Positions 20,216 through 29,147 of a stretch of DNA of 64,000 nucleotides are shown here, piece by piece. A program made the translations under genes and the position numbers. Each line of letters begins with the position of its first letter. The stretch's first letter is position 1. Origin of the DNA: Spirochaetia bacterium (GTDB lineage Bacteria; Spirochaetota; Spirochaetia; DSM-2461); contig OY764216.1 of assembly GCA_963668315.1 (NCBI GenBank), forward strand, positions 3,136,001 through 3,200,000, read 5' to 3'. A model generated the notes under the pieces. That model was not told where the DNA came from and searched no databases. It saw nothing but the letters and a program-made list of their open reading frames with translations.

Positions 20216-20324
20216 ACAGAACAAGCTTTTGAAACTGACAAATCTTTTTGTCATGCAAAATGCAATACGCATTTTACACGCCAAACCCATCGGGACAGAT
20301 TTGCAGCTTAAAAGGACGTTATAT
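20216..20324 (+). repeat. attC site 9
   Basis: ACAGAAC AAG CTTTTGAAACTG ... CAGCTTAAAAG GAC GTTATAT; near-identical to sites 6 and 7. Confidence 0.88.
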
Positions 20325-20387
20325 TTCAAAATGCAAAATAAAATGATCAATTATATGATATTATTATTACAGAGAGGTTAATAACTT

Positions 20388-21770
20388 ATGTATCCAGTCT
20401 ATAAAATTGATGATGATCAAGTTAGTAATATTCTAGAAATACAAGAAAATTTTTTGAATGATCTAAAAGCAAAAGAAATAAAGCCAGCAAAATTATCGGA
20501 AACTGTCTCAGCTTTTGCGAATGCTGGTGGAGGTGACTTATATATAGGGATTTCTGAAAATGGCAAAGGAAATCCCCGTTCATGGAATGGATTTAATATT
20601 GTTGAGGACGCTAATGATTTTTTTTCGACTTTGTTATCAGCACATTCATTTGGTAACCATTTGAAATTTGAATTCTTAGAAAATAACAATCAAAATGGCT
20701 ATGTTTTGCATATTACAGTTTCAAAAGTAAAAGAAATTGTAAAATCGACAAAAGGTGAAATCTTTTATCGAGTAAATGCTGGGAAAATGAAATTAACCAG
20801 TGAGGAACAAATAAAACGTTTAGAACTTGATAAAGGAATTTCTAGTTTTGAAGATGAATGGGTAAATGTAAAAATCGAAAAGATTGAAAATAGTCTATCT
20901 ATTATAAATTTTATTCTGAACATTATTCCGAACTCTGAACCAAAAACCTATTTAAATAACCAAGAATTAATAAATGAAACTCAGTGCAAAGTTTCTGGAG
21001 TATTATTGTTTTGTGACGAACCTGCAATATATCTACCAAAGAGATGTAGCATAAAAATAATGCGTTATAAAACAAAGGATGATGATATTGGTCGAGAGTT
21101 TCTTGATGGTATTCCAATTACAATTGAAGGAGATGCTTACAATATTGTATATAAAAGTGTGGCTAAAACAGTCGAAATAATTGAAGGCATTCAAAAATTG
21201 GGAAGTAAAGGATTAGAGAAGATAAAATATCCAAATGAAACACTACATGAAATAATTACAAATGCGATTCTTCATAGGGATTATAGCATTGTCGCGGATA
21301 CGCAGATCAGAATCTTTGATAATAGAATAGAAATTGAAAGCCCTGGAAAGCTCCCTGGTCATGTCACAGTTCAAAATATACTTGATACACAAAGTGCTCG
21401 AAATCCAACTCTTGTTAGATTAATTAATAAGTTTCCAAATCCTCCTAATCAAGATGTTGGAGAAGGTCTTAATACAGCTTTTTCAGCTATGGAAGCTTTA
21501 CGATTAAAACCCCCAATAATTGAAGAAAATGATAATTCTGTATTAGTTATTATCCCTCATGAGTCTTTAGCATCTCCTGAAGAATTGGTTCTTGAGTATT
21601 TAGCAACTAATAGTGAAATAACCAATAGAATTGCAAGAGATCTAACAGGTATAAAAAGTGAGAATACTATGAAAAATGTATTCCTTCGATTAAAAGAAAG
21701 AGAATTAATAGAACCCATACCCGGGCGTAGAGGGGCAGCATCAGCATGGCAAAGCGTTGATTCCCATTGA
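20388..21770 (+). CDS. AlbA_2/Schlafen-domain, HATPase_c_4 and wHTH ATP-binding protein
   Basis: VSAFANAGGGDLYIGI; LHEIITNAILHRDY; RIEIESPG; RNPTL; C-terminal HTH. Confidence 0.85.
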   Translation: MYPVYKIDDDQVSNILEIQENFLNDLKAKEIKPAKLSETVSAFANAGGGDLYIGISENGKGNPRSWNGFNIVEDANDFFSTLLSAHSFGNHLKFEFLENNNQNGYVLHITVSKVKEIVKSTKGEIFYRVNAGKMKLTSEEQIKRLELDKGISSFEDEWVNVKIEKIENSLSIINFILNIIPNSEPKTYLNNQELINETQCKVSGVLLFCDEPAIYLPKRCSIKIMRYKTKDDDIGREFLDGIPITIEGDAYNIVYKSVAKTVEIIEGIQKLGSKGLEKIKYPNETLHEIITNAILHRDYSIVADTQIRIFDNRIEIESPGKLPGHVTVQNILDTQSARNPTLVRLINKFPNPPNQDVGEGLNTAFSAMEALRLKPPIIEENDNSVLVIIPHESLASPEELVLEYLATNSEITNRIARDLTGIKSENTMKNVFLRLKERELIEPIPGRRGAASAWQSVDSH

Positions 21771-21771
21771 A

Positions 21772-21869
21772 ATATAACAAAGTCTTGAAGCGGAATTAGC
21801 CACTTGTCACAGAAACTGCTTACGCATTTTCTGCGCCAATTGTCTAATCAGCTTAAGACGACGTTATAT
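21772..21869 (+). repeat. attC site 10
   Basis: ATATAAC AAA GTCTTGAAGC ... GCTTAAGAC GAC GTTATAT. Confidence 0.88.
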
Positions 21870-21891
21870 TTCGTACGGATCGATAATTGAA

Positions 21892-21919
21892 TTGACAAAA
21901 TGTACAAATAGGTTACACT
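21892..21919 (+). promoter_or_regulatory. Sigma70-type promoter, likely leaderless
   Basis: TTGACA-16 bp-TACACT, 7 nt before ATG 21927; no SD. Confidence 0.55.
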
Positions 21920-21926
21920 TAATCGT

Positions 21927-23093
21927 ATGATTAAAAGACAACTTGAAAATGAATTAATCGCTCTCAAGGACGAATTTCCTATAATTGCCATATTGGGTCC
22001 TAGACAATCAGGTAAAACAACATTATCAAAATCAGTATTTCCCAATTATGAATATGTAACTTTAGAAGATTTAGATCATCGAGAATTTGCAAACAATGAT
22101 CCCCGTGGATTTTTGGAAAGGTATAAATCAGAAGTCATATTCGATGAAATACAAAGAGTTCCATCCTTAATGTCCTACTTACAAACCCATGTAGATAAAA
22201 TGAATGAAAATGGAAAAATTGTAATAACAGGATCCCATAACTTTCTCTTAATGGAACAAATCAGTCAATCTCTTGCAGGAAGAGTCGGGATAACCAAATT
22301 GCTTCCCTTTTCCTATAAAGAAATATCAAGCCTGGAAAGCGATATAAATGATTTAATTTATAAAGGATTCTATCCCCGAATTTATGATCAAAACATAAGA
22401 CCAGAGGTCTTCTACAAAAACTATATATCAACCTACATCGAAAAAGATATACGGCAAATAAAATTGATTACGAAAATCGATGATTTTTTGAAATTCATAA
22501 AAATATTAGCAGGCAGAACAGGACAAGAATTAAATACAAATGCAATAAGTGAAGAATGCGGTGTATCCCACAATACAATTAAGGATTGGATATCTGTACT
22601 AGAAGCAAGTTTTATTGTCTACCGCCTGAAACCATTTCATAAAAATTATAATAAACGAATAGTGAAGAACCCAAAGATTTATTTTACAGATACAGGATTA
22701 GTCTGTAGCCTTTTGGGCATAAGAAAAAAAGAAGAAATAGATTACCATTTCCTAAAAGGCAGTTTATTTGAAACTTATATAATCAATGAATTTGTAAAAT
22801 ATAATTATAATATTGGCGAGCGAAATGAAATGTATTTCTGGAGAGATAATCATCAAAAAGAAATAGATTTAATATTAGATTTTGGCCTTTATCAAAAAGC
22901 ATTTGAGATAAAATCCAGTAAAACCATAAATGAAAAATATTTTGATACGCTAAAATATTGGAAAGAATTATCAAAAACAGAATCAAAAAATATGTTCTTA
23001 ATTTATGGTGGAAAAGAAAATTATATAAGAAATGAAATGAATATGGTATCATGGAATAAGATCTACGACGGAGTATTGAAAAGCGAAATATAA
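21927..23093 (+). CDS. AAA_14/DUF4143 ATP-binding protein
   Basis: GPRQSGKTT, IFDEIQR, ITGS, SLAGR, PKIYFTDTG, EIDL..FEIKS. Confidence 0.9.
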   Translation: MIKRQLENELIALKDEFPIIAILGPRQSGKTTLSKSVFPNYEYVTLEDLDHREFANNDPRGFLERYKSEVIFDEIQRVPSLMSYLQTHVDKMNENGKIVITGSHNFLLMEQISQSLAGRVGITKLLPFSYKEISSLESDINDLIYKGFYPRIYDQNIRPEVFYKNYISTYIEKDIRQIKLITKIDDFLKFIKILAGRTGQELNTNAISEECGVSHNTIKDWISVLEASFIVYRLKPFHKNYNKRIVKNPKIYFTDTGLVCSLLGIRKKEEIDYHFLKGSLFETYIINEFVKYNYNIGERNEMYFWRDNHQKEIDLILDFGLYQKAFEIKSSKTINEKYFDTLKYWKELSKTESKNMFLIYGGKENYIRNEMNMVSWNKIYDGVLKSEI

Positions 23094-23198
23094 CAAAGTT
23101 TTGAACCTGACAAGCCTACTGTCATGAAATCTGCATTTCTGCTTCGCAGGCAGATTTCCCGCCAGCTTAACGGCTTGCAGGTTAAAACGGCGTTCCAC
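23088..23198 (+). repeat. attC site 11
   Basis: ATATAAC AAA GTTTTGAACCTG ... CAGGTTAAAAC GGC GTTCCAC. Confidence 0.88.
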
Positions 23199-23206
23199 AG
23201 AATGAA

Positions 23207-24517
23207 GGTATGAGCCGTATACATCGTGAACAAATATCAGAGTAAATAAATTACAATTTTGGGTATGAATGTTTTATATTAGGAGAACAGACATGCCATT
23301 AATGGAGAGAACGGTTATGGATCAGAAGAAGGAATTTATTCTGCTCTGGAGTTCCAAGCGTTATACGTTCACCGGCCTGTGTCAGGACTTCAAGATCAGT
23401 CGAACAACTGGCTATAAGTATGTAAAAAGGTTTCAGACATCAGGAATGGAGGGACTGGAGCCTCAATCTCGCGCTCCCCACCATTCCCCGAACAAAGTAC
23501 CAGAAGAGATTGTTAAAAGGATTATTGAGATCAGGAAGGAGCATTCCTCGTGGGGAGCGAAGAAGATTCGCTGGCGTTTGGACCAAGATGGAATCTATAA
23601 TCGGATTCCCGCTCAATCAACCATTTCCATTATCCTTAAGCGGAATAATCTTATTCCGGAGAGAAAGCGTCATGTACGTGTAGAGAGGCGCTATCCTAAG
23701 TTTATAGCCAATGATTGTAATGAAATCTGGAGTGCTGATTATAAGGGAGAATTCAAAACCAAGGATAATAAATATTGCTACCCTTTGACTATCTGCGATA
23801 CCTTCAGTCGCTTCATCATTAAGATAAAAGGCCTCTCCCGGCCCAATTATGAGCAGTCTCAGCCAGTTTTTGAAACTGTCTTTAAAGAATATGGACTCCC
23901 TGAACAGTTGCATACCGACAATGGTTCCCCCTTTGCCAACGTCCGTGCCCTGGGGCGTTATACGCAATTCTCAGTCTGGCTGATGGAATTAGGAATCCTT
24001 CCCGTGTTCAGTGATCCTGCTTCCCCGCAGCAAAATGGAAAACATGAAAGGATGCACCGGATATTGAAAGCAGAAGCCTGTAAAGAGCCCGGAATCAGTC
24101 TTCGAAGTCAGCAGATAAAGTTTAACAAGTTTGCCAGGGAATACAATACAGAGCGTCCTCATGAGTCTCTGGGGATGGTAACGCCTTCTTCAGTTTATGC
24201 GAAGTCCAAACGTCCTTATCCTAAGAAAATAGAGCCTTGGGTCTATCCCGCAGAATATAAGGTTAGGAATATTTGCAAGAATGGAATCATTAGGGTAGGT
24301 AAGGATGACAGCATTTTTGTGGGAACAGCTTTCAAGGAAAAACAGCTTGGTTTTGAAGATATTGGAGAAGGAATATACAGGGTCTGGTTTAGGGAATTTC
24401 TGCTTGGTTATTTAAATGAACATGAGCTTAAAATCTATGATATACTTGAGTATGATTACATCAAAAGGGTGTAAGAGAAGTAGGTGGATATTTGAACACT
24501 ATGTGATGTCCAATACA
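23207..24517 (+). mobile_element. IS481-family element (type B), copy 2 (1311 bp)
   Basis: Same ends as copy 1; flanks GAA/AGA do not form a TSD. Confidence 0.9.
23293..24474 (+). CDS. IS481 transposase
   Basis: Near-identical to 11966-13147. Confidence 0.92.
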   Translation: MPLMERTVMDQKKEFILLWSSKRYTFTGLCQDFKISRTTGYKYVKRFQTSGMEGLEPQSRAPHHSPNKVPEEIVKRIIEIRKEHSSWGAKKIRWRLDQDGIYNRIPAQSTISIILKRNNLIPERKRHVRVERRYPKFIANDCNEIWSADYKGEFKTKDNKYCYPLTICDTFSRFIIKIKGLSRPNYEQSQPVFETVFKEYGLPEQLHTDNGSPFANVRALGRYTQFSVWLMELGILPVFSDPASPQQNGKHERMHRILKAEACKEPGISLRSQQIKFNKFAREYNTERPHESLGMVTPSSVYAKSKRPYPKKIEPWVYPAEYKVRNICKNGIIRVGKDDSIFVGTAFKEKQLGFEDIGEGIYRVWFREFLLGYLNEHELKIYDILEYDYIKRV

Positions 24518-24571
24518 AGAGAATAATTTAAGAATATAATATCGGATAGGAAGAAATAAGGAGTATCCGAT

Positions 24572-24920
24572 ATGAATGAGAAGATACTAAAAAGCATCAT
24601 CGGAAAGAAAAAAGAACTCGATAAATATCGTCCCTTAAATCTATCAATCTCAAGAAAATTAAAAGAAGAACTAGAACTCGAATGGACATATAATTCCAAT
24701 GCCATTGAAGGAAATACTTTAACTCTCCAGGAAACACAAATTGTACTGAATTACGGAATGACAATAGGTGGAAAATCAGTTAATGAGCATCTTGAAGCTA
24801 TTAATCATAAAAAAGGAATAGAATTAATAGAAGAAATAATTCAAAAGAAAAAAGATCTAGATGAATCATTAATCAAAGAGCTTCACTATCTAATATTAAA
24901 AGGAATTGATGATAGAGAAG
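24572..24920 (+). pseudogene. Fic-family protein, 3'-truncated by IS256
   Basis: WTYNSNAIEGNTLTLQET..EHLEAINH..IKELH; catalytic HPF motif missing. Confidence 0.8.
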
Positions 24921-26220
24921 GATAGTGTACAATAGTGTCTGTAAATTAGAAATAAAGGGGGCTTGAAAAAGTTAGCCAATCAGTCTTCGATTAGTTCGAC
25001 GAAAAACAAAAGAAGGCATCATGACTAACGAGGATTACTATAGCGTTTTCGATCAAATGATTGAAGACCTCCAGGCAGAGAATAGAGAAGGATTAACAAA
25101 AGTCATAAGTTCAATAATGAATTTATCTATGCGGTTAGAGCAGGAGAAGGCAATTCAAGCCAGTCATTATGAACGGAACGATGATCGTATTGGGCATAGG
25201 AATGGGTACAAGAGCAGAAAGATCCGGACTCGAGTCGGCGAAATTCCCATCGAGATCCCACAGGTCCGTGGGATGGAATTCTATCCTGGCAGCATTGAAA
25301 AGGGGTGCCGCAGCGAAAGAGCCCTGAAAATGGCCATAGCTCAGATGTACATCCAAGGCGTATCAACTCGCAGAGTGACCAAAATAGTAGAACAGCTCTG
25401 CGGCTTCGAAGTTTCCCAATCGCAGGTTTCAGAAGCGGCAGCTCTCCTTGATGAAGAGATCACCAAATGGCGTAATCGTCCTCTGGGAGCTTTTCCTTAT
25501 CTTGTCGTTGACGCCACTTATGAGAAGGCTCGAGTGAATAGAACTGTTGTTTCTGCAGCCGTTCTAATTGCCTATGGTGTTGATAATAATGGGATGAGAC
25601 GAGTATTGGGTATTTCTACAGAACTCAGTGAGGCCGATGTACACTGGAGAGGTTTTCTTTCCGGTCTGGTAGATCGGGGGCTCCATGGCGTGAAGATGAT
25701 AACTTCCGATGCTCATAGCGGCCTGAGATCAGCAATAGAATCGGTTTTTCCAACAGTTCCCTGGCAGCGGTGCCAGTTCCATCTGCAACAGAATGCGGGA
25801 CATCATGTGCCAAAGAAAAGTATGGATAAAGAGGTCGCGGAGGATATAAGAACCATTTTTAACGCTCCCAATGGAGAGGAGGCTAACCGTTTTCTTTCTA
25901 TGGCGGTGAAGAAGTATGAGAAAACTGCGCCAGAACTAAGCAGTTGGATGGATCAGAATGTTCCTGAAGCGCTCACGATCTTTAAAATGCCAAAGTCACA
26001 TTGGAGAAGGTTAAGGACTTCAAATCTGGCAGAACGTCAGATGAGGGAAATTAAAAGAAGAACGAAGGTGGCTATGATATTTCCAAATAAGGAATCTGTC
26101 GATAGATTGGTTTCCGCTCTGTTAATGGAAATAGATGAACAATGGTTCACAGGTAAGCGGTATTTAAATATGGAGACTGATTAACTTTTTTGATTTTACA
26201 GACAAAGGGGTTGCTCTATC
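24921..26220 (+). mobile_element. IS256-family element (type B, 1300 bp)
   Basis: IRs GATAGTGTACAATAGTGTCTGTAAA / TTTACAGACAAAGGGGTTGCTCTATC; no TSD. Confidence 0.9.
25021..26184 (+). CDS. IS256 transposase
   Basis: GVSTRRV, VDATYEK, TSDAHSGL, WQRCQFH, TSNLAER. Confidence 0.93.
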   Translation: MTNEDYYSVFDQMIEDLQAENREGLTKVISSIMNLSMRLEQEKAIQASHYERNDDRIGHRNGYKSRKIRTRVGEIPIEIPQVRGMEFYPGSIEKGCRSERALKMAIAQMYIQGVSTRRVTKIVEQLCGFEVSQSQVSEAAALLDEEITKWRNRPLGAFPYLVVDATYEKARVNRTVVSAAVLIAYGVDNNGMRRVLGISTELSEADVHWRGFLSGLVDRGLHGVKMITSDAHSGLRSAIESVFPTVPWQRCQFHLQQNAGHHVPKKSMDKEVAEDIRTIFNAPNGEEANRFLSMAVKKYEKTAPELSSWMDQNVPEALTIFKMPKSHWRRLRTSNLAERQMREIKRRTKVAMIFPNKESVDRLVSALLMEIDEQWFTGKRYLNMETD

Positions 26221-26396
26221 ATCTAAGATAACTTACAAGGATAAAATTGATGAATGGCTTTATCCCGAAACCTATATGGTAAAGTATATTTGTGGTAACG
26301 GAATCATCCGGGTAGGTAAGGATGGAGCTATCTTTGTCGGATCGGCTTTGAAAGGGAAAAAAGTTGGATTGGAACCGCTGGGGAATGAAATTTACA

Positions 26397-27707
26397 TGTA
26401 TTGGACATCACATAGTGTTCAAATATCCACCTACTTCTCTTACACCCTTTTGATGTAATCATACTCAAGTATATCATAGATTTTAAGCTCATGTTCATTT
26501 AAATAACCAAGCAGAAATTCCCTAAACCAGACCCTGTATATTCCTTCTCCAATATCTTCAAAACCAAGCTGTTTTTCCTTGAAAGCTGTTCCCACAAAAA
26601 TGCTGTCATCCTTACCTACCCTAATGATTCCATTCTTGCAAATATTCCTAACCTTATATTCTGCGGGATAGACCCAAGGCTCTATTTTCTTAGGATAAGG
26701 ACGTTTGGACTTCGCATAAACTGAAGAAGGCGTTACCATCCCCAGAGACTCATGAGGACGCTCTGTATTGTATTCCCTGGCAAACTTGTTAAACTTTATC
26801 TGCTGACTTCGAAGACTGATTCCGGGCTCTTTACAGGCTTCTGCTTTCAATATCCGGTGCATCCTTTCATGTTTTCCATTTTGCTGCGGGGAAGCAGGAT
26901 CACTGAACACGGGAAGGATTCCTAATTCCATCAGCCAGACTGAGAATTGCGTATAACGCCCCAGGGCACGGACGTTGGCAAAGGGGGAACCATTGTCGGT
27001 ATGCAACTGTTCAGGGAGTCCATATTCTTTAAAGACAGTTTCAAAAACTGGCTGAGACTGCTCATAATTGGGCCGGGAGAGGCCTTTTATCTTAATGATG
27101 AAGCGACTGAAGGTATCGCAGATAGTCAAAGGGTAGCAATATTTATTATCCTTGGTTTTGAATTCTCCCTTATAATCAGCACTCCAGATTTCATTACAAT
27201 CATTGGCTATAAACTTAGGATAGCGCCTCTCTACACGTACATGACGCTTTCTCTCCGGAATAAGATTATTCCGCTTAAGGATAATGGAAATGGTTGATTG
27301 AGCGGGAATCCGATTATAGATTCCATCTTGGTCCAAACGCCAGCGAATCTTCTTCGCTCCCCACGAGGAATGCTCCTTCCTGATCTCAATAATCCTTTTA
27401 ACAATCTCTTCTGGTACTTTGTTCGGGGAATGGTGGGGAGCGCGAGATTGAGGCTCCAGTCCCTCCATTCCTGATGTCTGAAACCTTTTTACATACTTAT
27501 AGCCAGTTGTTCGACTGATCTTGAAGTCCTGACACAGGCCGGTGAACGTATAACGCTTGGAACTCCAGAGCAGAATAAATTCCTTCTTCTGATCCATAAC
27601 CGTTCTCTCCATTAATGGCATGTCTGTTCTCCTAATATAAAACATTCATACCCAAAATTGTAATTTATTTACTCTGATATTTGTTCACGATGTATACGGC
27701 TCATACC
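26397..27707 (-). mobile_element. IS481-family element (type B), copy 3 (1311 bp)
   Basis: Inverted copy; 3-bp TSD ACA. Confidence 0.92.
26440..27621 (-). CDS. IS481 transposase
   Basis: Same protein as copy 2. Confidence 0.92.
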   Translation of the reverse strand: MPLMERTVMDQKKEFILLWSSKRYTFTGLCQDFKISRTTGYKYVKRFQTSGMEGLEPQSRAPHHSPNKVPEEIVKRIIEIRKEHSSWGAKKIRWRLDQDGIYNRIPAQSTISIILKRNNLIPERKRHVRVERRYPKFIANDCNEIWSADYKGEFKTKDNKYCYPLTICDTFSRFIIKIKGLSRPNYEQSQPVFETVFKEYGLPEQLHTDNGSPFANVRALGRYTQFSVWLMELGILPVFSDPASPQQNGKHERMHRILKAEACKEPGISLRSQQIKFNKFAREYNTERPHESLGMVTPSSVYAKSKRPYPKKIEPWVYPAEYKVRNICKNGIIRVGKDDSIFVGTAFKEKQLGFEDIGEGIYRVWFREFLLGYLNEHELKIYDILEYDYIKRV

Positions 27708-27932
27708 ACAGACTCTATTACCGTGATTTTCTTTTGGGATATATAGATTGGAATAATTATAAGGCGTATGATATTAATGACAGAAGCTATGGATCAGAAC
27801 TGTATACCAAGTCCTAATCTATCTGTAGGGGAAGTCTCGTTTACACATCGGGTCGAAGAGATGAATGTAAAAAAATGTAAACAAATAAGAGAATGATATT
27901 GCATAATCCTATTAATTCATTCGGAGGGAATC

Positions 27933-28424
27933 ATGGATAATTTTCAAGAAGGTTACTTGTTATTAGATGCAAAATTTGGTGGTGGTAAAGATAATATTAT
28001 ATCAGTCGCTACAATTGCGGTACAGCCGAGTGAAAATGGTGCTATTCTTCCATCCGTTAGGGCTCTGGATGCTCTCTATGATAATGGTTGTTTCTATATA
28101 TCTACTAATGCAAAATCAAATAAAATGAAGCAAATAGAAAATAATCCAGAAGTATCTATATGTTCCGCATCAGAAATGTTTACAGCTAGTGGAATAGGTA
28201 AAAATCTTGGTTGGGTTTTAGATCCAAAAAATTCAGAAATTAGAGGTAAGCTAAGAAGTGCATTTGCTGCATGGTATGATTTAGCGAATAATGAGAATGA
28301 TAAAAATTGTTGTATTTTAGAAATTAAACTAGTAAAAGGGATTCTAAATATTAATCATTGGGAAAAGTTATATCATATGGATTTTATTAATAAACTTGAG
28401 ATGATAGATGGTGGAATAAATTAG
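27933..28424 (+). CDS. Pyridoxamine 5'-phosphate oxidase-like FMN-binding protein
   Basis: VATI..PSVR..FYISTNAKSNKMKQIENNPEVSI; GGAGG RBS. Confidence 0.8.
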   Translation: MDNFQEGYLLLDAKFGGGKDNIISVATIAVQPSENGAILPSVRALDALYDNGCFYISTNAKSNKMKQIENNPEVSICSASEMFTASGIGKNLGWVLDPKNSEIRGKLRSAFAAWYDLANNENDKNCCILEIKLVKGILNINHWEKLYHMDFINKLEMIDGGIN

Positions 28425-28470
28425 GATAAGAATTTTTTATAACATAGTAATGAAAGAGTAAGAAAAAAGC

Positions 28471-28530
28471 ATCTAACAACTTGTTCAACTTGATAATTCC
28501 TTTTGTCATGCTTTTGGCATGCGCAAAAAG
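28471..28530 (+). repeat. attC site 12, left half only
   Basis: ATCTAAC..TTCAACTTGA..TGTCATGCTTTTGGC..GCAAAAAG then an IS481-like end. Confidence 0.7.
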
Positions 28531-28560
28531 GGTATAAGCCGTATACATGGTGAACAAATA
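28531..28560 (+). mobile_element. Solitary IS481 type-B-like left end
   Basis: GGTATAAGCCGTATACATGGTGAACAAATA, 2 mismatches to the left end at 11880. Confidence 0.8.
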
Positions 28561-28618
28561 CGCAATAATGATTTGCGAATTCCCTCTACGTACAATTCCC
28601 TTTTAAATGATCAATCCG

Positions 28619-28678
28619 TCTATACAGCAGGCTTCCGGGAAATGGCATGAACCATTTCCCGGAAGCCTGCTGTATAGA
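28619..28678. repeat. Perfect 27-bp inverted repeat, 6-nt loop
   Basis: TCTATACAGCAGGCTTCCGGGAAATGG-CATGAA-CCATTTCCCGGAAGCCTGCTGTATAGA. Confidence 0.95.
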
Positions 28679-28728
28679 TTCGCCGCTGGATATGAAGGGC
28701 GGATATAAATGAGTTCTACACGGAAGAT

Positions 28729-29019
28729 TTACCGGTTCCTTTTTTTTCCTTCCACAGAAAGAAAATCATTAAGGGTAAACTGTTTTTTGAGAACCGTTTC
28801 GCCCTCTTTAAGAATGTAGTAATCAGCTGTTACACCATAAATTTCCGCTTCCTTTTCCGTTTCTCCTTTACCTTCTATCGTTACTTTTGTGCCGATTTTC
28901 AAACTGTTAACCAGAATCTTATTCAACGTGTCAGAAACGTATCCTTCGATTATTTTTAATTCTTCAAAGGTAAAGTCTGAAAGAACTGCCTTAATATCAT
29001 CCACTCTGTTTTTCGCCAT
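28729..29019 (-). CDS. Hypothetical protein
   Basis: 96-aa ORF with AAGGAG RBS. Confidence 0.65.
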   Translation of the reverse strand: MAKNRVDDIKAVLSDFTFEELKIIEGYVSDTLNKILVNSLKIGTKVTIEGKGETEKEAEIYGVTADYYILKEGETVLKKQFTLNDFLSVEGKKRNR

Positions 29020-29147
29020 GGTATTACTCCTTATAATTATCTTAACAACTAGATTTGATTTGTCAAACTTTTTTTACAGGGATAGATGATTTCTTTTCAT
29101 TTTCTTAATCCCCTTTCCAGGGAAGGGGAGAGGAAAAAAACGATTAT

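Larger units (their letters stand above)
26221..27847 (+). pseudogene. 3' remnant of IS481 type A, itself interrupted by IS481 type B
   Basis: 26221-26396 plus 27711-27847 match 540-852. Confidence 0.85.
853..28530 (+). mobile_element. Integron-type gene cassette array (no intI in window)
   Basis: 12 co-oriented attC-like sites (AAC...GTT); the GTT-starting end of each delimited cassette is the reverse complement (9-11 bp) of its own AAC end; AT-rich co-oriented cargo ORFs. Confidence 0.9.

Noticed and set aside
4703..28530. Interspersed repeats as a CRISPR array
   Set aside because: Repeats are ~100-135 bp, separated by gene-sized segments, have attC geometry, and no cas genes are present
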